Assembly (NCBI GenBank): GCA_918262735.1
Contig: CAKJYJ010000005.1
Location: 139,538-203,537, forward strand
Direction: 5' to 3'
DNA from: Clostridiales bacterium
GTDB lineage: Bacteria > Bacillota > Clostridia > Christensenellales > UBA1242
Length of the DNA: 64,000 nt
How positions within the stretch are numbered: the stretch's first letter is position 1; each line of letters begins with the position of its first letter. Shown here in pieces: positions 62,501 to 64,000 of the stretch. The position numbers and the translations under genes are program-made. Under the pieces are notes generated by a model. The model saw nothing but the letters and a program-made list of their open reading frames with translations, had not been told where the DNA came from and searched no databases.

Positions 62501-64000
62501 ATACAGCACTTAGATAATTTTTAGCATCACTTGCTGGTGCCATTGCAGTTTTGAAGAAAATTTTAGCATCTCCCTTAGTGCTTGAAGAATAGGACGTTAC
62601 AATATAACCGCTTTGAGTTGAGCTCCCAACACCCAACATTCCAGCACCATATGTAACCGACGCATTGTTAATTGTAACCTTGTTGATATTTCGTAGGTAA
62701 ATGTAAATATTCATTGTCAGTTCGCCAGAAGCATTCTGAGTAACAACAAAGTATTTTGTATCTTCTTCTTGTGTATCGGGTACAACTAATACGGGTACAA
62801 TCTTATTTTTTGTGTCAGCAGAACTCCATTGTTTATTACTTGTTGTGGCATTAGTTACAAACATTTTTGAGGCACGGTCAGGTTTTGCTAGCACTATTTT
62901 GCTACCAAGTGTGGCGTAATAATTCTCTGAAATTCCCGTTATTTCAACTGCAAGCATAGGATTATCTGTCAAAACATATTTTCCATTAATATTCTCATAT
63001 GCACCGCCAATGTCACTTATACTTGTTTGGTTTGTCAACTTTTGACCATTAAAAGCGTAAGCGAATTTATTAACTTGAACCTTTCTTTCTGCAACGGTAA
63101 CTTCAATTTTTATTGCTGTTTGATTGGCATATTTTGCGGTTATTGAACCACTACTATTATCAACCGAACAACTAAAACCACTTTGACCATTAGTTAAGAT
63201 AAGTTTAAAATCATTTCTTTTTGAACATGCTGAAGAGGTTGTTGCAGCAAAATCAGACTCGCATGCAACCCAACTCATTGTTGAATTATTATATATGTAT
63301 TGCTTTACCGTTAGTGATGTTATTGTGTATTTATTAACACCGTTCTCTGTCTTATTGTATGCTAAACTTGCGTTTTTCCAATTGGTGTTGTCTGAAGTCG
63401 TCTGTCCTAATATTTTCCAATTATCACTACTTGTGATTTTTTTTGCTGTGTCGTATTTAACCTGGTAAGTTACCTTATTATTTTCATCCGTAAATGCTAT
63501 TTCGTTATTCCCATCTTTATAGGTGACCCCTTCAGGGAAGGTTGCCTCAACTTCAACATAAACATTGTTTGTTCCAATATATGAACCATCTTTTTTTTGT
63601 GTATCACCACCTTTCAGAGTACCATCGCTTTCGCAGTGAACGGTGGTAATACCACTTGGGGATTTATAAATTGGACCGCCAATGCTTGCACAGTTTGTTA
63701 TTGTTGTGGATGATAAACTACTATAAACAATATTTGCATCAGTTCCAACACAGTCTTTAACAATTAAATTGTCAATCAATGCCCCGTGTGTGCATGCAAA
63801 AAGAGCCTTTGAACTATAACTTTGGCTGGAGTCAAATGTAACACCTTTTATTATGTGCCCATTGCCGTAAAATTTTCCCTTAAAAGCAGTAGTTCCGCTT
63901 CCAATTGGAATCCATAGTTTTGAAGAAAGGTCAATATCGGCAGTAACATTAAATGTGATCCCAGAAAAGCCTGAATTGGAATCACAGTTAACCGCTATCC
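44580..64000 (-). CDS. Giant cell-surface protein (at least 6472 aa within the window; N-terminus beyond the right edge) with Flg_new-type repeats, YDG(T)/MBG-like repeats, InlB-B-repeat-like modules, a C-terminal TM anchor and an acidic cytoplasmic tail
   Basis: Single stop-free frame from 63998 down to the TAG at 44580-44582. The track start at 63779 is a TTG, and I translated the 73 codons above it with no stop. Motifs include GYTFAYWGSE, GLEFVGWYYYD, GYSFVGWSLTQGG and GYIFVGWTLDN, plus many KVYDGT signatures. Confidence 0.9.
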   Translation of the reverse strand, partial: IAVNCDSNSGFSGITFNVTADIDLSSKLWIPIGSGTTAFKGKFYGNGHIIKGVTFDSSQSYSSKALFACTHGALIDNLIVKDCVGTDANIVYSSLSSTTITNCASIGGPIYKSPSGITTVHCESDGTLKGGDTQKKDGSYIGTNNVYVEVEATFPEGVTYKDGNNEIAFTDENNKVTYQVKYDTAKKITSSDNWKILGQTTSDNTNWKNASLAYNKTENGVNKYTITSLTVKQYIYNNSTMSWVACESDFAATTSSACSKRNDFKLILTNGQSGFSCSVDNSSGSITAKYANQTAIKIEVTVAERKVQVNKFAYAFNGQKLTNQTSISDIGGAYENINGKYVLTDNPMLAVEITGISENYYATLGSKIVLAKPDRASKMFVTNATTSNKQWSSADTKNKIVPVLVVPDTQEEDTKYFVVTQNASGELTMNIYIYLRNINKVTINNASVTYGAGMLGVGSSTQSGYIVTSYSSSTKGDAKIFFKTAMAPASDAKNYLSAVCLTASSINSMGDTHLFESIYASSCYNNDGDGLNLSFKGACKAAGDEDLPYLCIDKSYLNTSGNAVSYTTNLKIGEATDDKYPAILANANDGDTFYANWILMTNAIFISNSVEDVLSLEVLFTNPYVTNQGSGTYVIDKVSADCYTDSTSINIPATYQVTIFDSGNPDNTAYVLNVEESRDRTINTTNIYALTVVGGVNGSGYLSVVGTNYGRAFTFRALQTLQLEIGLQDQAIKFKFKTSYGIVDKNGKFNELTPQPSNEDVIDSFVITAKCYRGKGNEYQQISAARVYPLVFEGETSNVVPDYVTYNYINDVRFYCDVSLNDYLGKHFEIHGFSAGENFGPLKLIGDASYFSFSTISGIINSETEYEIIIQLEQKETDIKIFDNTSENKIYDSTVTTNIYQGKVDEEYFCEEESFTRTISVHKGVLPYKKITGIEIFSNGQRVYLFDENNTNPVDGLNISSSLEETNIARNIYQTSGDGGAISVTVQYSKTNSGNKVIDGSIITISLTNLAYKSEGYDIYVYTEYIPYVYSIGVNYHTQSGDSADQKQYFTFTSVSKIQTPTVKTNSLKGGYVEFKVKTGANNNTFTIVPKKLTYGIGSNDYIYLYNPDDVSIAGASTSGVGLTDLIDGGLVGAMDGDDVIIACPEETVNAQITFIPLELTYQLVNKYYVPGTEETANINYGDKTDTYYDSTGISAEEIIGYRFSEMYFIDKNGASSENLGAVSAMPYDNFGSGVDCVINYINITFNAGSGAAVPKLYVESYYNPIVYSLTFTKDPINVHADDETLDMYIRYGEDFENITIWDVIGEYAFAQTEGYTLSKLYVFQGVEGSGGGHIVYRDVPPIQKTSKVNDILLPETFGHSDDGSSVSYSETLVPNFEGNDVTLLFIIDNATVASTVVKYGYGELNGVYPERDGVIDWSTYNKISGKKYGNNKTLGYISNQYAETGKIIYKWVKKDDPSVVLCEYDFVHDEYAYNDWTPESFGGYNESEEYEIEAITVPAKILLDLDGTYLTNAQKTSLQNNPTDYYVTFNRNNYQVNNIIPTRTGYTFAYWGSEIKDDSGNPKYIIYLKSSNGNYVVDRETSTFITDVDDANSSPIKFYAYWNIDDVTITKSSVSVTYDGDYIGYDGLIATFSWIQDINGIDVNGNASYTDNITVYYKANSADEFEEFDGDLEFKVDTVNNVVNVYATSLKYSLDSGSFYVVFDYVYQESDEDDVSSEYYLLNTLAHTQVSQIAGGNVANVSDINIIPIGLEFDDTVTKMYDGTNKVKQSISDNILDVDKDAYKVVATYGGINVSNSIDLVYNITGSDELKSCYTVPEPSVKGAITPYIIKLKLTGNVLINPTRNITLLDGYFSNGELVITQDYYGLTYSFDNQSDVATFIKTRLKMITGGQRTVAFSIKLNDVNGYKTYNKNSLAADIDVYIGALESRVYKLEDIALTQNENEQNNFAFDFDESSIVLPEPEGDVRSIRVTVKTNDGDIEEVATIDSEDKIVSIDDYNLLINTIVNAGKLVFDVDVNYINANFWLKSATCTSGAETTFELSGTSGNVYSYVITVVPDATFEYTLELLLTNKSEVSFEYGYVDGETHDTYDASQIATQAVAFTAPVPERTGLEFVGWYYYDSGDTATLFTNGSVWNIKRDITFYAVWSYTATVETTGEDVEEIYDENASYNLIATVNYATNPSLTYNYEWLYCLAENGTYITSLNGTTVNARVTDPDTNEVSGVSTLTVKNYSDSGFYKFNFALTDVIEYQISAGVSLSSIICDVTNSTTTYRISIAKDAVLIGGTMNKVYDGTNEMVYILKNTDTPYSELIGTSVLVKYSSTEVGATIVSITGLDVISASYNFPISKEGNDVSGTIVKRQMTISFAETSQEYTGQKARVTIESVSDEAVTLSNIIIETQEADAGTYGPQKLEIVSLDARVGKLAVELTNLELIIDGTIIITKKSFAETDIRLVTSKVYNSTTQNIDVYVFDELITTYYTLTKNDEAFTGAKDVSVNSGITFELNYPNYNTYTLTGVSFEITPFNAYVDIIATPLTKVYDGTVNYFGVSGVPFTFTSGSRIYTDSSKSQEVTGAFATEIKNSLDIKFEDKNAGNNIGLSIETSSDNFVITQNPELSGSITKKQTAISLKETYTKIYDGKSIEFAYSLLQANGAVNGETITSGEGLTLPLTFAINAGTYNLANAVGYTYDLVMSDDNSISTNYEITGLIGTITISRADVDFVPTTEYTYTAQVITPVWTATRDHDNENITDLFEITATENPVNVGTYSCTVSIKAEHSGNYNFTSSTFTVTVVAKEVTIVVNASKFFDGKKLRVNIEDNSILCFGDTFYNSYVESAGEYRWEYVLNSNDLQIGHVNKSITVKNKDGEIATTNYSFRYNVRLVINEAELTSSNVLVIGKYTYNGSVQTLRIKVLGNEFQIVDGTYEYAFNEATLDARIYRTVGESTLSPASFKYANIYTVKIRLKGSDGSNCSNEYSFNVEMEKIVITQVSLTKNKVYDGTYAVDGTVTSSDIVPDDTNNIKLSGAYTSKDVGESIAIIITFNNYRGDLSATNYELLVGSYVLDANLNIIGKISKRTVTFTYNNSSLYYTGAQLTLNVADFSNIANALDVEPFGGSVTFKNVVNAGTYSLVSEEIRNDLTVASSLNNYTLVFAGSVTIKKAEVYVSVVSDNVYTYDAESHDVVLTATASNGAINPDEARMILGQTYKTTTSGANVTPINYGQYYIYPKVNDAYVSNYKYIGNEYLTDKLTINQRTATLDIQVSLLYNSNNTTGYEYPFSASDLTNIVRGHILGGKISISPANYIETTYEYKTGGTMNNEIEIQNFSLTDADTNNVIGNYNIEYNIEIVISSTSGANVIIENLTYNATERINGVSIVAEYMNSGTIQTETITLNNQGTNVTIVGFYANNEDARDNTNALTSIKNAGEYYARVEFDASLNLPQSIYYTRFNVLPKTITLNTLTANGVPFTGSKVYDDSEEIVLDSSDIYASDKTSVQVLGTYYNGNTPVKTYGTGYTIALEIVDSNNLGNYILTTASRQGSISQRTLTITGITNNTMNYSGNVVIELKTSDSRFIYSSGDLVTGHVLSGNVKVTVGDVGDYLVANGENNLVITSGGFDVTSNYVITFDVGAKLTVNTAPVNLTWTAGNLTYNAKDRLQDIKNAIIATPGVVGGYTAGVSQDMTISFVGGAVEVKDADTYTVNGITSSSGNYAYTILSPISITIIKQDITVNLGVHEELYKIYKSTYLSTGYGLKYEMFTGLLPDDRASIELGTYNLISSIINNNEYRVDTEYLIENNKIAMTCPVIVKNYNITNQQGGIKLVHEELVFEEITPFTYNAQDHIDELVINFTYEGGASGVITKNNTTYGSIKNVAGVQLINAGDYVITVIVDSAEYNVNVKINKVQITSVSYDKDKVYDGTNEVKYSGNTSLPSAQLVQNDDVVLTATYEDYKAVDVNQTITFILSGTSAGNYIAPQNTTGKITPKSLILGFGNISFTYDANNQYTKTYTGSVLTLATNDSITQNTVKLSFRDNNVKTFAVSDTNTTLGLSEFEIKHNGTDVVTGCYEISVMANVTINAKEFSIVFDEFADDITTFSASQKIVTFDISGLDGTEKQQIMGAVRIDYKQYANGAKISGAPVNAGKYIASAVYFGSTNYSMVGASDYVFEIIPYVYNATAGQINSFSKEYATKDPELVQNFATTIGGSNYSFKVQYVREAGEDLGSYNYTSATSLNGNIDFRTTSEMLNNKFTIVKNVSNVVVISLQSFINITDSTRYYGLKNIGRFTLSQFTFTTLLKEETLNNNIINSASSRIVFNTGNVGEYPISASECSIVSDYFTNFNIQSGANVKLTIAPRTLQVSSTTLNNGYDKVYDGTNEFKHGLSYNFNSVPAEGELDSTDIANLGQVIVNVTYDKAIAGNRTILVTCASRNFNPQMKVTFGTINKLEVNVTVGDVNVIYGDSIQNAIDLAYSVEYYDDLITKDLTLNQLKAEVTVSASGSDTVTNLSSAGKTKVGNYQIVASPKDENGNGGNVIIKNTITSRVIVGKKGVAVSVTPRISRVQSENNSVDLSQYTITIDGVISPDVVSVASASYDNEYIGINKVVSFTLSGADSNNYSAGDVLGDILQKTITFNYNYSYTGCPVGISDILEGSRRITSADYDYYKSVNEHNVNSLPQPSYKDKGYSFVGWSLTQGGNIIDPNARISTYITNYSASVNLYAVWSINSFKVNVYLAVYSLATNGYDTLGVKVGNSADTKQYRTEISFDSALNDIRYNGVDSGVILNYPNQTVFANHHFIGYGVNNIVNLFTTTAHTLVDDVSIYVVYALDEYTVTINANQGVFSKPNQLVTYNNNVGTISLMYGQKLQDVVGSALNVENLLAVTRLGYSLTTWKLNNESKTVNYIANYEVQNDTSLVAEWEANKYWLTLNSMSGQYTLNEVNIENGWAYVNERHESIKIQISYDGEVPRLINAQKNYYTFLGYTFENGSDYEKPETWTTADNLEIFAKYSDFEYTLQINTIHTDITIDVKDANGTALRLQNQSNETGVYAFNVLTSYKVIVTSTPNAGYTFFKYTMAQGQGTRTENVYYFNGFSGENNSVLELTAESKANANTIELISNVDAAGYVQVQITDNNVTSTYRSGTNDNAFTLLTDETCTVTVVVNRGYELKSIKVMGTGSIVKVANTDNEYTFKEFTSNATIFAEYEAKDLTITIRNNTTYGIYQYDGFDVLAESNSITKKTGTDLTIVVIPNHGYTLNEEAFETTALDGVFAVTENNGKFTVVLSGFTTNGEFTLPYIKENYTATIKYAEANEVLGTISPVSVVGNIATVAKIGDGNALVDEATVAFGGTYVAEYLTRISIQTLFEKTGYELSAYKLYVNGEYVEIGSVDSNNNLAFDLEDDCEIFIIFERSTYDVVFKVQNSKYASVKQGNGAKHDSISTKVRFERNSLATSIVLSDANKYEIVGWYIENQDGTLSQEPITTESTIPAQLITGNTTYVAVTRGLEVSVKVLVVGTNLYEVVSNADLINFASIVDGPDHVTITELEKITAGDGTYTVSIKISYRVDDTFTIELAPEFYYEALVNGRRTSDLQFTLTNLSPDDYSLANPYYINLVLKRYNVTVSTNEVNAISPYINNDSSVGVSDDSVIRTGNEVFADINVRYGGTVTLHIDVNRGYTYVGQSSEQGSVFDISNDNYTLSNVERPTEMQLNYETTKYKVIFNTNHDEGIDDAQYTYYIRHDRSTFTDVDENEVTLPQEVTSPEFTYNGLIRGFSGWSISRDFGLINKSYLFDEEGRIYQMVDGVAVYGFTGGTISDTTVENGFVVINLYGTWYNPDYKLTIELLPTNLEDSVDFDIGIYFEPAFGFEAVYIENTGIVDYFNVAQNLVVKMQNTPDFDGYIFVGWTLDNETDLRTSAISFSMLPQDMVLKLHYGFRVSVAVEEILEGINNASVNNQTDVICMTGDEVTLVATAGEGFEFSHWLMNGVELDPELYPSTFTTNVYDATIYTAVFVGKTVAIQFVDGQKVTTHVDGETTSVGQTIKIYVDVETDVEYGYELQAITVSNETSKTLTELKTDGNGTYYEYYVTQADGELGYIRINSVVNAKDVIVRFVINYEGSTVVVVNNVDVTNQAQTYSYNQHITINNRIAPRYAMGTITINGVEQETNELLSIYLTQERGFSITEENIIEFNLQRLFWLTDAVEFAGDGTEDSPFLIGTAEELAYLAQIINNGELDQSEKQYYFQVVANIDLTNKFWVPIGTEENPFGGVFNLGHFRIYGTYHAEEYEVLSWNAYCYGVFGYITEDAKIITSTTAIQAAIIIGSVILGIAIIAGTVIFIIARKKKKKLQKHANNVSVDGVAAEDEYVDEESGEVYDDEPQDDGEYEDDSYDGEGEEEWQDEGEYEESDEPVEDDEMTNEDYMEQIDEKAKELDNVETPEAPKAFDVAEFVKNLSNENKLQPKQDSTSLKPTTRPKPPAPPKRPKT
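44583..45014 (-). other. Predicted cytoplasmic tail of the giant protein (144 aa: basic stop-transfer, poly-acidic block, Pro/Lys-rich end)
   Basis: RKKKKKLQKH..., then AEDEYVDEESGEVYDDEPQDDGEYEDDSYDGEGEEEWQDEGEYEESDEPVEDDE, ending ...KPTTRPKPPAPPKRPKT. Confidence 0.7.
45015..45095 (-). other. Single C-terminal transmembrane helix of the giant protein
   Basis: AIQAAIIIGSVILGIAIIAGTVIFIIA (27 hydrophobic residues) followed immediately by RKKKKK. Confidence 0.8.
50890..58722 (-). repeat. Protein-level array of divergent YDG(T)-signature (MBG-like) domains inside the giant CDS
   Basis: KVYDGT or close variants are encoded at about 50890, 52250, 53580, 55000, 56085, 56375, 57115 and 58702. Degenerate [FL]TY[DN][AG] variants are interspersed. 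The copies are not identical at the DNA level. Confidence 0.6.

Noticed and set aside
1-64000. Alternative genetic code (UGA as a sense codon), considered because the DNA is AT-rich and has Mollicutes-like traits.
   Set aside because: All conserved genes translate full-length with the standard code. TGA is used as a real stop (for example at 4185-4187), and conserved Trp positions are TGG.
1-64000. Search for CRISPR arrays, tRNA/rRNA genes, transposases, integrases, reverse transcriptase/DGR template-variable repeat pairs, and invertible promoters flanking the surface-protein genes.
   Set aside because: I saw no regularly spaced direct repeats, no T-loop/cloverleaf candidates in the G+C-richer spacers, and no recombinase- or RT-like ORF. 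I also saw no long inverted repeats bracketing the promoters upstream of the adhesin genes. By-eye inspection could miss short elements.

Overview
AT-rich (about one-third G+C by eye) chromosomal segment that looks Firmicutes/Clostridia-like and uses the standard genetic code. No in-frame stop reassignment is needed, and TGA, TAG and TAA all act as stops. About 60 of the 64 kb is coded on the minus strand.

Core content:
- A complete S10-spc-alpha ribosomal protein cluster, rpsJ to rplQ (38967 down to 23357). It includes secY-adk-map, a small KOW gene, infA and rpmJ. rpmJ is absent from the ORF track.
- nrdD-nrdG (anaerobic ribonucleotide reductase) behind a promoter carrying NrdR-box-like palindromes.
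- lysS preceded by a GNAT-like gene.
- A MazG-like gene plus two flavoprotein genes in one operon.
- A SpoVB/MurJ-type flippase, a LysM protein, and a DUF421/DUF4363 pair.

Accessory or unusual content:
1. A surface-protein island directly upstream of the S10 operon. It holds a 1283-aa BspA-type LRR protein, an acidic lipoprotein, and a giant uninterrupted ORF of at least 6472 codons that runs off the right edge of the window. The giant ORF ends in a C-terminal TM helix and an acidic cytoplasmic tail.
2. A papain-like peptidase gene with Listeria-Bacteroides repeats that runs off the left edge of the window. It is also absent from the ORF track.
3. An orphan VirB3-VirB4-type ATPase and a 611-aa unknown protein, wedged between rplQ and housekeeping genes with no other conjugation genes nearby.
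4. A tightly coupled three-gene operon with its own strong promoter and terminator: an active metallophosphoesterase, a degenerate paralog, and a small zinc-ribbon protein.
5. G+C-rich structured RNA candidates upstream of rpsJ and of rpsM.

I found no rRNA, tRNA, CRISPR array, transposase or integrase. Several ORF-track starts are longest-ORF overcalls, some on TTG. I re-set these to the start that has a Shine-Dalgarno sequence and a conserved N-terminus.
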